Below are positions 28,155 through 43,263 of a stretch of DNA of 64,000 nucleotides, one piece after another. Positions within the stretch are counted from its first letter, which is position 1. Every line of letters begins with the position of its first letter. The DNA is taken from NCBI GenBank assembly GCA_041687695.1, contig JAWLBL010000024.1, forward strand, positions 13,047-77,046. The letters are read 5' to 3'. Made by a program: the position numbers and the translations under genes. The notes beneath the pieces were generated by a model, which saw only the letters and a list, made by a program, of their open reading frames with translations, was not told the origin of the DNA and ran no database searches. The DNA comes from Myxococcota bacterium. Lineage in GTDB: Bacteria > Myxococcota_A > UBA9042 > PHBI01 > JAWLBL01.

Positions 28155-29278
28155 GCGGCAACACCTTCGGCCGGCTGTTTCGGGTGACGACCTTCGGCGA
28201 GAGCCACGGGCCGGCGCTGGGGGCGGTGGTCGACGGGTGTCCGCCGCGGCTGGCGCTGAGCGAGGCCGACCTGCAGGGGGATCTGGACCGGCGGCGGCCG
28301 GGGCAGGGGCGGCTGTCGAGCGCGCGCAAGGAGGCGGACCGGGTCCGCATCCTGTCGGGGGTGAGCGAGGGGCTGACGACGGGGACGCCCATCGCGCTGG
28401 TCATCGAGAACACGGATCAGCGGCCGGCGGCGTACTCGGGGATGGCCGAGCTGTATCGGCCGAGCCACGCGGACTACACCTACGACGCCAAGTACGGGCA
28501 CCGGGCGGTGTCGGGCGGCGGGCGGGCGTCGGCGCGCGAGACGGCGGCGCGGGTGGCGGCGGGCGCGGTGGCGCGCAAGCTGCTGGCCGAGGGGCTGGGG
28601 GTCGAGATCGTCGCCTGGGTGGACCAGGTCGGGGACATCGCGGCGAACGTGGACGTCGACGCGGTGACGCGCGAGGCGGTCGAGGCGAGCGGCGAGATCC
28701 AGTGCCCGGACCCGGCGGCGGCGGGCGCCATGACGGCGCTCATCGAGGCGGTGCGCAAGGACGGCGACACCATCGGCGGGGTCATCCGCTGCGTGGCGCG
28801 GGGCGTGCCGCCGGGGCTCGGCGACCCGGTGTTCGACAAGCTGGACGCGCGGTTGGCCTCGGCGATGCTGGGGCTGCCGGCCGCCAAGGCCTTCGAGGTG
28901 GGCAGCGGGTTCGCCGGGACGGCCATGCGGGGCAGCGCGCACAACGACCCGTTCGTGCCGGGCGAGGGCGGGCGCGTCGTGACGACCACCAACCTGTCGG
29001 GCGGCGTGCAGGGCGGCATCTCGAACGGGATGCCGGTGTGGTTCCGGGTCGGCTTCAAGCCGGTGGCGACGCACTTCAAGGAGCAGACGACGGTCGACCG
29101 GGCGGGCAGGCCGGCGACGTTCACGGCGCGCGGGCGGCACGACCCGTGCGTGGTCCCGCGGGCCGTGGTCATCGTCGAGGCGATGACGGCGCTGGTGCTG
29201 TGCGACGCGTGGCTGCGGCAGCGCGGTCAGGTGGGCCACGTCGGCGCGGTGACGATCGTGGCGCCCGACGAGGGCTGA
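28151..29278 (+). CDS. aroC: Chorismate synthase
   Basis: TTFGESHG, RPSHAD, GGGRASARETA, GGISNG and GRHDPC. Confidence 0.97.
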   Translation: MSGNTFGRLFRVTTFGESHGPALGAVVDGCPPRLALSEADLQGDLDRRRPGQGRLSSARKEADRVRILSGVSEGLTTGTPIALVIENTDQRPAAYSGMAELYRPSHADYTYDAKYGHRAVSGGGRASARETAARVAAGAVARKLLAEGLGVEIVAWVDQVGDIAANVDVDAVTREAVEASGEIQCPDPAAAGAMTALIEAVRKDGDTIGGVIRCVARGVPPGLGDPVFDKLDARLASAMLGLPAAKAFEVGSGFAGTAMRGSAHNDPFVPGEGGRVVTTTNLSGGVQGGISNGMPVWFRVGFKPVATHFKEQTTVDRAGRPATFTARGRHDPCVVPRAVVIVEAMTALVLCDAWLRQRGQVGHVGAVTIVAPDEG

Positions 29279-29381
29279 TACCGCCGGACGGATGTGCCAA
29301 GTTGACCCTCCGGGGGGCGGGGGCCTAGAATCGGGAGCACGCGGGGGCCGCTCGACGGGCCCGAAGGAGCCTCGCGCCGCC

Positions 29382-31031
29382 ATGGAAGAAAAGTTCTGTC
29401 CAAGCTGTGGCCGAGGTTATCCGCCGGACGCGACCGTGTGCGACGACGACGGGCAGCGCCTGGTCGTCGTCGAGCAGGAGCGGTCCCTGGTCGGGCTGGA
29501 GCTCGAGGGCAAGTACCGGCTGACGGACGAGCTGGGCCAGGGCGGCATGGGCGCGGTCTATCTGGCGGTCCAGTCGTCGATGGACCGCGAGGTGGCCGTC
29601 AAGGTCCTGCGGCGCCAGTTCTGTCAGGAGAAGGTCGCGATCAGCCGCTTTCTTCGCGAGGCGCGAGCGGCGAGCAAGCTGACGCACCCCAACACCATCC
29701 GGGTCTACGACTTCGGGCAGACGTCCGATGGCCTGCTGTACATGGTGATGGAGCGGCTGACCGGGTGCTCGCTGGCCGACATCATGGACGACGAGGGGCG
29801 CATCGCGGTCGAGCGCAGCGTCCACCTGCTGGCGCAGGTCTGTGACTCGCTGGCCGAGGCGCACGCACAGGGCATCACACACCGGGATCTCAAGCCCGAG
29901 AACATCTTCGTCGAGCAGAAGTTCGGCAACCCCGAGCACGTGAAGGTGTTGGATTTCGGCATCGCCAAGATGGCCAACGACGCCAACACGCAGGCGACCG
30001 CCACCGGGATGATCTGCGGGACGCCGTCGTACATGAGCCCCGAGCAGGCCATGGGCAAGGAGATCGACGGGCGCAGCGACGTCTACGCGCTCGGCATCCT
30101 CCTGTACGAGATGCTGGTGGGCGTGCGGCCGTTCGATGGCGACACGGCGATGGAGGTGATGCTCAAGCACCTCAACGCGCCGATGCCGCCGCTGCCGCCC
30201 GAGGTGGCCGCCGAGGTGCCGGCGCCGCTGGTCGGGCTGCTCGAGCGCATGCTGGCCAAGCAGGCCGACGGGCGTCCTGAGTCCTGTCAGGCGCTCAAGG
30301 CCGAGCTGATGGCGTGCATGGGGCAGGCCCCGGCGCCCGCCCTCGCGCCGCGACCCGCGCCCAAGGAGCGGGCGACGACGCGCGACGCGGTCACAGCCTT
30401 CGACAAGGCGGGCCTGGGCCCGGACGCCGCGGTGAAGCCGAAGAAGGGGCGCGGCGCGGTCTACGCGGCGCTGGCGGTCGTGGTGGCGCTGGCGGCGGGG
30501 GGCGTGTGGTGGTTCGTCCTGCGTGACCCGGGCACGCCGCCGGGTGAGCGCCTGGCCGGCAAGCCCGCGGCCGAGGCGCCGACCGCGCAGATGGAGCCGC
30601 CGCCGCGCGAGGCCGCAGCGCCCGCCGAGGCCCCAGCGCCGGAGCCGATCGCCGAGGCGCCGGCCGAGGCGCCGGCCGAGGCGCCCTCCGAGCCTGTCGT
30701 CGAGGCCCCGGAGCCGGTCGAGGCCGTGCTCGAGCCGCCGCCGGTGGTGATGGTCAGCCTGACCATCGAGAGCACGCCGCCGGGCGCGCAGATCTTCGAG
30801 GGCGAGAGCCTGCTGGGCATGACGCCGCTGACCTTCGAGCGGCCCAAGGACAGCGGCGTCCAGAGCTTCACGCTCAAGCTGGACGGCTACAAGGACCACG
30901 AGGTCGCCGTCGGCACGATGAGCAACCTCGTGCAGCCCGTGACGCTGCAGCGCGTCGCCCGCAAGAGCGGCGCGCGCCCGAGCCCCAAGAGCGGCAAGGA
31001 CCAGAAGAAGTTCGGGGTGGGCACCTTCTGA
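29382..31031 (+). CDS. Membrane Ser/Thr protein kinase with a PEGA domain
   Basis: CPSC Zn knuckle, LGQGGMG, HRDLKPEN, DFGIAK, a TM helix, and IESTPPGAQIF...LGMTP. Confidence 0.93.
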   Translation: MEEKFCPSCGRGYPPDATVCDDDGQRLVVVEQERSLVGLELEGKYRLTDELGQGGMGAVYLAVQSSMDREVAVKVLRRQFCQEKVAISRFLREARAASKLTHPNTIRVYDFGQTSDGLLYMVMERLTGCSLADIMDDEGRIAVERSVHLLAQVCDSLAEAHAQGITHRDLKPENIFVEQKFGNPEHVKVLDFGIAKMANDANTQATATGMICGTPSYMSPEQAMGKEIDGRSDVYALGILLYEMLVGVRPFDGDTAMEVMLKHLNAPMPPLPPEVAAEVPAPLVGLLERMLAKQADGRPESCQALKAELMACMGQAPAPALAPRPAPKERATTRDAVTAFDKAGLGPDAAVKPKKGRGAVYAALAVVVALAAGGVWWFVLRDPGTPPGERLAGKPAAEAPTAQMEPPPREAAAPAEAPAPEPIAEAPAEAPAEAPSEPVVEAPEPVEAVLEPPPVVMVSLTIESTPPGAQIFEGESLLGMTPLTFERPKDSGVQSFTLKLDGYKDHEVAVGTMSNLVQPVTLQRVARKSGARPSPKSGKDQKKFGVGTF

Positions 31032-32392
31032 TGTGGGAACGGCTGAAGTCCTTTTGGGGCAGCCGCGCGCCGGGCGATCTCGACGAGGCGGGCGAGGCGG
31101 ACGAGCGTAGCGCGGGCGAGGCGGGTGGCGCGGGCGAGGCTGCGGTCGCGGAAGCGCCAGCGAGGGCGCCTGCGCGCGAGGCGGCCCCGAGCCCGGCGAC
31201 GTCCGAGCTGCGGGCCATCGACGAGGCGCTGGCGGCGGGAGATCTGGGCCTGGCGCTGGGCCGCGTGCGGGATCTGTTGGTCGCGATGCCGACGGCGCCC
31301 GACGTCATGGACCGGGCGGCGCGGGTGCTCGAGACCGCGGGCGAGGGCGAGCTGGCCCATCAGTTCCGCGTGGCGCGGGGCGGGCGCGACGGCGCTGGCT
31401 ACCTGACGCTGGCGCGCAGCTTCCTGGTCATGGACGACGCCGAGCTGGCGGCGGCGCTGGCCCGGGCGGCGCTGGGCCGCAGCGGACCGGACGACGCGGC
31501 GGCCCTGGGCGTGGTGGCCGACGCGCTGGCCCGGCAGGGCGAGCACGACGAGGTGCTGGGCCTGCTCGAGCGGCTCGAGGGGCGCTTTTCGGACGCGGCG
31601 CTGCTGGACCGGTACGCCGTCTCGGCGCTGCTGGCCGGGGACCGGGCGCGTTACGACCGGGTCGCGGCGGCCGTCGCGGCGGACCCGGACGCGGCCTGGG
31701 TGGCGCGGGCGGCGGCGCGGGCCGGGGCGTTCGGCCCGGACGAGGACCGGCCGCTGCGTCACACGCTGTTCGTCCAGTACGGGGCGGCGCTGCTGGACGC
31801 CGACGAGATCGTGCGGGGCGCCCCGCTGGGGCCGGCGCGGCTGATGCGCGTGCTGGACCGGGCGCGGGTGGCCTGCGAGCTGGTGCCCAGCGTGGGCGAT
31901 CGCATCGCCTACGTGTCCCCTCGGGGCGAGGTGTTTGCGCGGTGGATGGCGGGCGCGGTCGACGGGACCGCGGTGCCGATGAGCGCGCGCATCCCGGGGG
32001 CGCGGGTGCTGGTGGTGGTGGTCGACGACGACGACATGGCGACGCTGGTGGGGCACCGCGCGTTCCACGAGGGGCCGCTGGTCATCCTGCAGGTGGTCAA
32101 GGATCCGCGGCGGGCCGAGCTGCCCGCGCCCGATCTCATCGGGCTGCTGGGCGAGGACGTCGTGCTGCCGCTCGAGGGGGTCGAGGCCGAGCGCGCCGCC
32201 GAGCGGGTGCCGCCGTCGCTGTTGGCGGCCGAGCTGGCGCGGGCGGCGAGCGGGGCCGAGTACGACTCGGGCGCGGCCGAGGTGGGGCCGTGGCTCGAGG
32301 AGCGGCTGACCATGCTGTCGCTGGTCGAGGCGATCGGGCCGGACGAGCGCCTGGCGTGGCTGGCGGACCTGCCCAGCTGGCTTCGAAAGTGA
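31031..32392 (+). CDS. Hypothetical protein with a TPR-like helical N-terminal half
   Basis: Coupled to the kinase stop (TGATG), codon bias, Ala/Leu-rich helical repeats. Confidence 0.65.
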   Translation: MWERLKSFWGSRAPGDLDEAGEADERSAGEAGGAGEAAVAEAPARAPAREAAPSPATSELRAIDEALAAGDLGLALGRVRDLLVAMPTAPDVMDRAARVLETAGEGELAHQFRVARGGRDGAGYLTLARSFLVMDDAELAAALARAALGRSGPDDAAALGVVADALARQGEHDEVLGLLERLEGRFSDAALLDRYAVSALLAGDRARYDRVAAAVAADPDAAWVARAAARAGAFGPDEDRPLRHTLFVQYGAALLDADEIVRGAPLGPARLMRVLDRARVACELVPSVGDRIAYVSPRGEVFARWMAGAVDGTAVPMSARIPGARVLVVVVDDDDMATLVGHRAFHEGPLVILQVVKDPRRAELPAPDLIGLLGEDVVLPLEGVEAERAAERVPPSLLAAELARAASGAEYDSGAAEVGPWLEERLTMLSLVEAIGPDERLAWLADLPSWLRK

Positions 32393-32395
32393 CGA

Positions 32396-32427
32396 AGGCC
32401 GCCGCGATCCGGGGATCGCAGCGGCCT
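32396..32427. terminator. Stem-loop between convergent genes
   Basis: aggccgccgcgatcc-gg-ggatcgcagcggcct. No clear U tract. Confidence 0.4.
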
Positions 32428-32470
32428 CGACGACCTCACCGCGCGCCCTGAAGAGGGCGGCGGTCGCTAG

Positions 32471-32646
32471 CCTGTATTTCTCACCAGCTCCTACTGCGCC
32501 CGGGGCTAGCACCGCACCTCCGCGGCGTTCTCGCTCCGGCCGGCTCGACGTACTGTCAAGTACGCCTTCACCGCCCTCCGCTCCGAGCACCGCGGATCTG
32601 CGGCACTATCCCTCGGGCTCGCTACGGATCTGGTGAGAAATGCAGG
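32471..32646. mobile_element. MITE-like element 3 (176 bp) flanked by CTAG
   Basis: ctagcctgtatttctcaccag ... ctggtgagaaatgcaggctag (20/21 inverted match). The right CTAG contains the stop codon of the adjacent gene. Confidence 0.85.
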
Positions 32647-33153
32647 CTAGAACCGGTGCTCGTCCGCGCGGTCGGCCTGCTCGATGGGCGGCTGGCCGTG
32701 GCGGTGGATGAGGATGCGCTCGGAGTCCTCGAAGATGACGCGGATCTTGTTGCCCGGCAGCTGCTCGAGGACGACGCCCGTCCCGAAGGTCGGGTGCAGG
32801 ATGATGTCATCCTTGGCCCAGGTCTCCTTGACGTTGTAGCGGCGCGCCTCGGTCTCGGCGTGCTCCTCGAGCAGCCCCTCCCAGCGGACCTTGGCCGAGG
32901 CGGCCGACTTGGTGCGCGCCTTCTCGGTGCGCGACTTGGCGCCGGCCGTGGCCGTGCGGCGCGTCGCGCCCGGGGCCGAACTGCGCTTGGGCGCGCTCTT
33001 GGGGGCGCGGTAGCGATGGAAGGTGTGGCAGGTGTTGCACTTCACCTGAACCGGGGTGTCTTCGACCATCGCCACGATGGTGTGGGTGAGGTCCATCTTG
33101 CACTTGGTGCAAAAGGCGTCGACGTCGCCGCCGGTGTGGAGTCGATCGGACAT
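32647..33153 (-). CDS. Conserved hypothetical Zn-ribbon protein with a C-terminal Tudor/CarD-like segment
   Basis: CTKC...CNTC, a basic linker and HPTFGTGVV. Confidence 0.75.
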   Translation of the reverse strand: MSDRLHTGGDVDAFCTKCKMDLTHTIVAMVEDTPVQVKCNTCHTFHRYRAPKSAPKRSSAPGATRRTATAGAKSRTEKARTKSAASAKVRWEGLLEEHAETEARRYNVKETWAKDDIILHPTFGTGVVLEQLPGNKIRVIFEDSERILIHRHGQPPIEQADRADEHRF

Positions 33154-33255
33154 GCGGGAGCTTCTCTCTCTCGAGGTCGCAAAAAGGGGGTGGGGCGGAC
33201 GCGCGCACGCCGCCGCGCGCGGGTCGTCCGGTATGCTGCAAGCCCCGCGGATTGG

Positions 33256-33744
33256 CTAGGGCTTGGGCTTGGGATCGCGGAAGGTCCAGTGATTGTTGGC
33301 CGCGTAGTTGGCCGTCATCCCGAAGGCGATCCCGCTGAGTTGCGCCAGGTGGACGTTCCAGGTCCAAAAGTGCACCAGGAACATGGCGCATCCGTACTGT
33401 ATGCCGATTGCGGCCGCGCTGGCGATGACATACTTGCCGAGACGCGCCAGGAAGTCGCGCTTGCGTGGGCCTTTCTGGCGCTCGCCCCAGGTCCAGGCGT
33501 CGTTGAGCAGGAAGTTCGACAGGACGCTGACGCCGATGCCCAGGGCGCTGGCGAGGCTGGCCTGCACCGACAGCTCGAAGTCGGCGAACACGTACAGGCC
33601 GAGCTGCAGGAACAGCAGGTTCACGACGACGCCGCTGGACCCGACCAGGCCGAACTTGACGAAGCGGCGGCGTTCGGGCGTCAGCTGCGCCTCGAGCCAG
33701 CGGACGGCGCGCCACTCGCGCAGCGACAGGACCAGCGAGCGCAT
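33256..33744 (-). CDS. GtrA family protein
   Basis: FVKFGLVGSSGVVVN, SNFLLNDAWTW and NYAANNHWTF. Confidence 0.88.
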   Translation of the reverse strand: MRSLVLSLREWRAVRWLEAQLTPERRRFVKFGLVGSSGVVVNLLFLQLGLYVFADFELSVQASLASALGIGVSVLSNFLLNDAWTWGERQKGPRKRDFLARLGKYVIASAAAIGIQYGCAMFLVHFWTWNVHLAQLSGIAFGMTANYAANNHWTFRDPKPKP

Positions 33745-33746
33745 CG

Positions 33747-35063
33747 CTACTGGACGTCTTCCACGCGCAGGTAGCGCGTCGGGGACAGGACGAAGGGCAG
33801 GGCGTCGATCTCGGACAGGGCCTGGATGACGCTGCCGTGGCGGGCGGTGTGGGTCATGATGACGACCTGCACGGGGCGGCTGGTGCCGCCTTCCTCCTGG
33901 ATCATGCGCGAGATGCTGATGCCATGGTGGCCGAGGGCGCCCGCGATGCCCGCGATGACGCCCGGCTCGTCCTCGACCGTGAAGCGCAGGTAGTACGGGC
34001 AACGCGTCTCGTCGTGGGCGCGGAGGCCCCGCTCGGGCACGAGCTGCTGGTGGAAGGCCAGGTGCGGCAGGCGGCCGGAGGTGCCGCGCTGCAGGTTGCG
34101 GCCGAGCTCGATGATGTCGCTGACGACCGAGGCGGCCGTGGGCATCATGCCAGCGCCCTGGCCGTAGAACAGCATCGGGCCGAGCGCGTGCGAGTGGACG
34201 CGGACGGCGTTGAAGACGCCGTGGACCGAGCCGAGCAGCGACCCTTCGGGGATGAGCGCCGGGTGGACGCGCGCCTCGATGCCGTCGTCGTGGGCGCGGG
34301 CGACGGCGAGCGGCTTGATGGTGTAGCCGAAGGACTGGGCGAAGTGGACGTCGACGTCGCTCACCCGGTCGATGCCCTCGGTCAGGATGGCGTCGAAGGG
34401 GATGGTCGCGCCGTAGCCGATGGAGACCAGGATGGACAGCTTCTGCGCGGCGTCGATGCCCGCGACGTCCATGGTCGGGTCGGCCTCGGCGTAGCCGCGC
34501 CGCTGCGCCTCGGCGAGGACGTCGCCGTAGGAGCGGCCCTCGCGCGCCATGGCGGTCAGGATGAAGTTGCTGGTGCCGTTGATGATGGCGTGCAGCGTGT
34601 CGACGCGGTCGGAGGCCAGCCCCTCGCGCAGCATGCGGATGATGGGGATGCCGCCGCCGACCGAGGCCTCGAAGATGACGTCGCGCTTGGCCTCGTCGGC
34701 GGCGAGGAAGACCTCGGCGCCGTGGCGGGCGAGCAGGGCTTTGTTGGCCGTGACGATGTGCTTGCCGGCGGCGAGGGCGCGCAGCAGCAGGGTGCGCGCT
34801 GGCTCGTAGCCGCCCATCACCTCGACGACGACCTGGATGTCCGGGTCGTCGATGACCGCGTGGGGGTCGGTGGTCAGGCGCTCGCGCGGGACGACCGGGT
34901 CGCGCGCCTTGTCGAGGTTCGACACGGCGATGCGCCGGACCTCGATGTCGGCGCCGAGGCGCGAGCGGATGTCCGAGGCGTTGTCCTGCAGGATGCGCAG
35001 GACGCCCGTGCCGACGGTGCCGCAGCCGAGCAGGCCCACGCGGATGGGTTCGATGGCGCTCAT
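33747..35063 (-). CDS. hom: Homoserine dehydrogenase (with ACT domain)
   Basis: [29 protein letters not shown] and GYAEADPT. Confidence 0.96.
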   Translation of the reverse strand: MSAIEPIRVGLLGCGTVGTGVLRILQDNASDIRSRLGADIEVRRIAVSNLDKARDPVVPRERLTTDPHAVIDDPDIQVVVEVMGGYEPARTLLLRALAAGKHIVTANKALLARHGAEVFLAADEAKRDVIFEASVGGGIPIIRMLREGLASDRVDTLHAIINGTSNFILTAMAREGRSYGDVLAEAQRRGYAEADPTMDVAGIDAAQKLSILVSIGYGATIPFDAILTEGIDRVSDVDVHFAQSFGYTIKPLAVARAHDDGIEARVHPALIPEGSLLGSVHGVFNAVRVHSHALGPMLFYGQGAGMMPTAASVVSDIIELGRNLQRGTSGRLPHLAFHQQLVPERGLRAHDETRCPYYLRFTVEDEPGVIAGIAGALGHHGISISRMIQEEGGTSRPVQVVIMTHTARHGSVIQALSEIDALPFVLSPTRYLRVEDVQ

Positions 35064-35070
35064 GGGCGGC

Positions 35071-36639
<1,569 letters not shown>

Positions 36640-36660
36640 GGGGCCCGCCTTCAGCGAAGG

Positions 36661-39601
<2,941 letters not shown>

Positions 39602-39605
<4 letters not shown>

Positions 39606-40468
39606 GGCGGCGGCGGCCGGCGTTGGGGCCGTTCCTGGATCAGGTGGTGGCGACCTACAACCACCCGCGCTACCTGGGGACCGACCCGCTGTCGACGCTG
39701 CACCGCTACGCGGACCCGCGCGACCAGGAGCTGGTCGGGTTCCTGGCGGCCGGGCTGGCGTTTGGAAACGTCAAGGCGGTCATCGCGGCCATCGATCGGG
39801 CGCTGGCGCCGCTGGGTGAGCGGCCGGCCGAGAGGCTGGCTCGCATGGACGAGGCCGAGGCGGCGCGCGCGGCCGCCGGGTTCAACCACCGGTGGATCTT
39901 CGAGCAGGACCTGGCGCAGATCTACCGGCTGCTGGGCGCGGTCGCGCGGCGGGGTGGGGGGCTGGAGCCCCTGTTCGCCCGGGGGATGACGCCCGACGCA
40001 CCAGACGTGCGGCCGGGGGCGCGCGCGCTGGTCGACGGGCTGACCGAGCTGGCGCTGGGGCTGGGGCTGGACCTGGGCCGGCTGGGGACGCGCTACTTCC
40101 TGAGCGACCCGACCGGCGCCGGGGCGGCCAAGCGCCTGCACATGTTCCTGCGCTGGATGATCCGGCGCGACGGGCTGGACCTGGGCCTGTGGACCAGCGC
40201 GACCCCCGCCCAGCTGGTCGTCCCGCTGGACACGCACGTCGCGCGGCTGTCCGGGTACCTGGGCCTGACGCGGCTGAAGTCGCCGGGCGGCCGGATGGCG
40301 CTGGACATCACGGAGAGCCTGCGGCGCTTGGACCCGGCGGACCCGGTGAAGTACGACTTCGCGCTGACGCGGCTGGGGATCCTGCGCGACTGCCCGCCGC
40401 GGCGCGACGTGGCCAAGTGCGCGCGGTGCGCGCTGGTCGAGGTGTGCCGCAAGGGCGCGCGGCGCTGA
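39602..40468 (+). CDS. TIGR02757/DUF2400 family protein
   Basis: KRLHMFLRWM, DLGLW, PLDTH, DPVKYDFAL and a C-terminal Cys cluster. Confidence 0.9.
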
Positions 40469-40497
40469 CGGCCGGCGCCCTGGCGGTCAGGAGACGA

Positions 40498-41151
40498 TCA
40501 CTTGCCGCCGAACCCGCTGCCGCCCTGCGGGGCGGTCGGGGCGGGGGCCACCGGGGCGGGCGCGGCGGGGGCCGGGGCCGCAGGGGCCGCGCCGCCGAAG
40601 CCGCTGCCGCCCTGGGGCGCCGCGGCCGGGGCGGTGGGGGCCGGGGCGACCGGGGCCGCCGTCGGGGCCGGGGCGACCGCGCCGCCGAGCTTGCCGCCCG
40701 TGGCGGGCTGGGTGGGCGTCGGCTGGGCGGCGGGGACCGGGGCGACCTGGCCGGCGGGGGCCGGGGCGACCTGACCGGACGGGACCGGCTGGTTGAGCTT
40801 GCTGCCCGGCGGCGGGGTCTTGCCGGCGGCGGCGGCCGCCTTCTTCTCGGGGTTGATCTCGCGCTCGTAGGCCTCCATGCGCGAGCAGACCTGGGCGATG
40901 GCGCTGATGGCGTCCTCGCCGCCCTTGGCGCTGGCGGCCTGGAAGTCGCGGTCGAACTCGGCGAGCTTGGCCTGGATGTCGGCCTTCATCACCGGGTTCT
41001 TGGTCGCGAAGGCCGACAGGCTGTCCTTGATGCGGTTGTAGCGGTTGGTCTGGCCCTCGACGGAGCTCTTGCAGCCGGACAGGGTCAGCGCCACGAGGGC
41101 GAAGAGCGCGAGCAGGACGCGCGCGGAGCGCGGGAGCGACGGGCGATTCAT
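40498..41151 (-). CDS. Lipoprotein with a Pro/Ala-rich tail
   Basis: Lipobox LSGC, AGGAG RBS, a helical core, and PQGGSGFGG present twice. Confidence 0.8.
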   Translation of the reverse strand: MNRPSLPRSARVLLALFALVALTLSGCKSSVEGQTNRYNRIKDSLSAFATKNPVMKADIQAKLAEFDRDFQAASAKGGEDAISAIAQVCSRMEAYEREINPEKKAAAAAGKTPPPGSKLNQPVPSGQVAPAPAGQVAPVPAAQPTPTQPATGGKLGGAVAPAPTAAPVAPAPTAPAAAPQGGSGFGGAAPAAPAPAAPAPVAPAPTAPQGGSGFGGK

Positions 41152-41210
41152 TGTCGGGTTCTCCTGGTGGGTGGTCGCCCGGGCCAACGTCCGGGCGGCG
41201 GTTGGGGGAA

Positions 41211-41612
41211 TCAGAAGCGGTCGGCGTAGGCGCCGTAGGTGCGCTGCTCGAGGTCGTCGGCGGCCTTGGCGACCCAGAACAGGGCCTTGCCGACCTCCTG
41301 GAGCTGCGCCGTGGCGTCGGACAGGCCGTGCACGACCACGACGTCGTTGCCGCGCAGGGCCACCTTGCCATAGGTGAGCGAGGCGTTGAGCCGCAGCGCG
41401 TTCCACGGATCGGCGACGACGTTCATGTCGCCCGCCTGGCTCCAGATGAAGGCCACGACGTCGTTGTCTCCGTCGCGGCCCATCGTGACGTTGACGACCT
41501 GCGTTCGGCCGACCTGCGTCGGCACCTCGACGCGCACGTCGCCATTGACCATGCGCTGGGCGGGCCAGGCGCGCAGGCCGGCGGCCTGGATCGCCAGGTT
41601 GATGACGTTCAT
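41211..41612 (-). CDS. YbjN/type III chaperone-like fold protein
   Basis: GRTQVV, ALRLNASLTYGKVA and VAKAADDLE...YADRF. Confidence 0.7.
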   Translation of the reverse strand: MNVINLAIQAAGLRAWPAQRMVNGDVRVEVPTQVGRTQVVNVTMGRDGDNDVVAFIWSQAGDMNVVADPWNALRLNASLTYGKVALRGNDVVVVHGLSDATAQLQEVGKALFWVAKAADDLEQRTYGAYADRF

Positions 41613-41852
41613 CGGCGGCTCCTCGCTGCGAGCGGGTCCATGCCCCGCGGTCCCTCCGCGGTGTCATGCCCCGTCATGCCCCGTCATGGAACGGACGCGC
41701 GACCCGGGGCGGCCCGCATCTTTGACCGGCCGGGCGTCGCTTGACAAGCCGTCCCCCCCGACGGTGACGCGGCGGCGCGTCCGGGCGACTTGGGCAGCAG
41801 CGGGAGCGTGTGCTAACGTCGCGCAGGGCATGGGCATCCCCATAGGAGAGAC

Positions 41853-43256
41853 GTGGACACGACCATAGCGACCATCGCCATCGGGCTCCTGATCTTCCTG
41901 GCGCACGTCTTCACGGCCGTGTTCGAGCGCACCCGCATCCCGGACGTGCTCCCGCTCGTGGTCCTCGGCCTGCTGGTCGGGCCCGTCTTCGAGTACGTCA
42001 ACCCGGCGACCTTCGGCTCCATCGGCAGCGCCTTCACGACCATCGCCCTGGTCATCCTGCTCTTCGAGAGCGGCCTGAGCCTGAACATCGCCGAGCTGCG
42101 GGCCTCGATGCTCTCGAGCCTCAAGCTCACCGTCATCAGCTTCCTGGCCCACATCGTCGTCGTTGCCATCTTCTGCGTGACCCTGCTCGGCCTTGGCGTC
42201 CTCGAAGGCGCCCTGCTCGGCGCCATCGTCGGCGGCACCTCCTCGGCCGTCGTCATCCCGATGGTCAAAAAGCTCCGCATCCGCCCGGTCACCCGCACGA
42301 CCCTGCTGCTCGAGTCCACCTTCAGCGACGTCCTCTGCATCGTCGTCGCCCTCGGCCTCATCGAGTCCCTCAAGCTCGGCAGCCTCGAGCCCGGCAAGAT
42401 GTTCGGGCAGATCATCGCCTCCTTCCTGATGGCCGGCATCCTCGGCGCCGCCGCCGGCGGCTTCTGGTCGACCATCCTCCACCGCATCCGCCAGCTCGAG
42501 AACAGCACGTTCACGACCCCGGCCTTCGTCTTCATCATCTACGGCGCCGCCGAGCTGCTGGGTTTCTCCGGCGCCATCGCCGCGCTCGCCTTCGGCACCG
42601 TCCTCGGCAACGCCGACACCATCCGGCAGCTGCCCATCAAGGCCTTCGCCTCCTTCCACCCCATCGTCCTCAGCGGCACCGAGAAGGCCTTCTTCGCCGA
42701 GATCGTCTTCCTGCTGAAGACCTTCTTCTTCGTCTACATCGGCCTGTCCATCCGCTTCGTCGACCTGTGGACCGTCGGCGCGGCCGCCGCCATCACCGTG
42801 GCCCTGTTCGCCATGCGCATCCCGGTCGTCCGCGTCTCGCTCGCCCCATCGTCGGGCCGCTTCGACCTCAAGGTGGCCGCCATCCTGGTCCCCAAGGGGC
42901 TCGCCGCCGCCGTCCTCGCCTCGCTGCCCCTGCAGGCCGGCCTGTCCTCGGGCATGGTCATCCAGGACACCACCTACATGGTCATCCTCATCAGCATCCT
43001 GATGACGGCCGTGCTGTCCTTCCTGGCCGAGAAGGGCAAGCTGTCGGTGCCGTGGGACTGGATGTTCCGCCCCGACGCCGCCCCCGCGGACGCCGCCGCC
43101 GTCGCCGACGCCCCCGGCAGCGCCGACGAGCCGGCTATCGAGGTCGCGAGCCCCGTCACCGGGGACGTCGCGGTCGCCGCGGCCCCCGCGGCTCCGGCTT
43201 CGACGCCGACGGACGCCACGCCCGACGAGGACGAGCGCCGGGTCGCCGTCGACTGA
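41853..43256 (+). CDS. Cation:proton antiporter (CPA1/NhaP-like)
   Basis: Many TM helices, ILLFESG, GTSSAVVIP, LESTFSD, FFFVYIG and PKGLAAAVLA. Confidence 0.9.
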   Translation: MDTTIATIAIGLLIFLAHVFTAVFERTRIPDVLPLVVLGLLVGPVFEYVNPATFGSIGSAFTTIALVILLFESGLSLNIAELRASMLSSLKLTVISFLAHIVVVAIFCVTLLGLGVLEGALLGAIVGGTSSAVVIPMVKKLRIRPVTRTTLLLESTFSDVLCIVVALGLIESLKLGSLEPGKMFGQIIASFLMAGILGAAAGGFWSTILHRIRQLENSTFTTPAFVFIIYGAAELLGFSGAIAALAFGTVLGNADTIRQLPIKAFASFHPIVLSGTEKAFFAEIVFLLKTFFFVYIGLSIRFVDLWTVGAAAAITVALFAMRIPVVRVSLAPSSGRFDLKVAAILVPKGLAAAVLASLPLQAGLSSGMVIQDTTYMVILISILMTAVLSFLAEKGKLSVPWDWMFRPDAAPADAAAVADAPGSADEPAIEVASPVTGDVAVAAAPAAPASTPTDATPDEDERRVAVD

Positions 43257-43263
43257 CGGCCGC

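Noticed and set aside
30590..30745. AEAP repeats in the kinase
   Set aside because: Ordinary low-complexity linker before the PEGA domain.
41639..41690. tcatgccccg tandem copies
   Set aside because: A short slippage-type duplication in an intergenic region, with no support for function.
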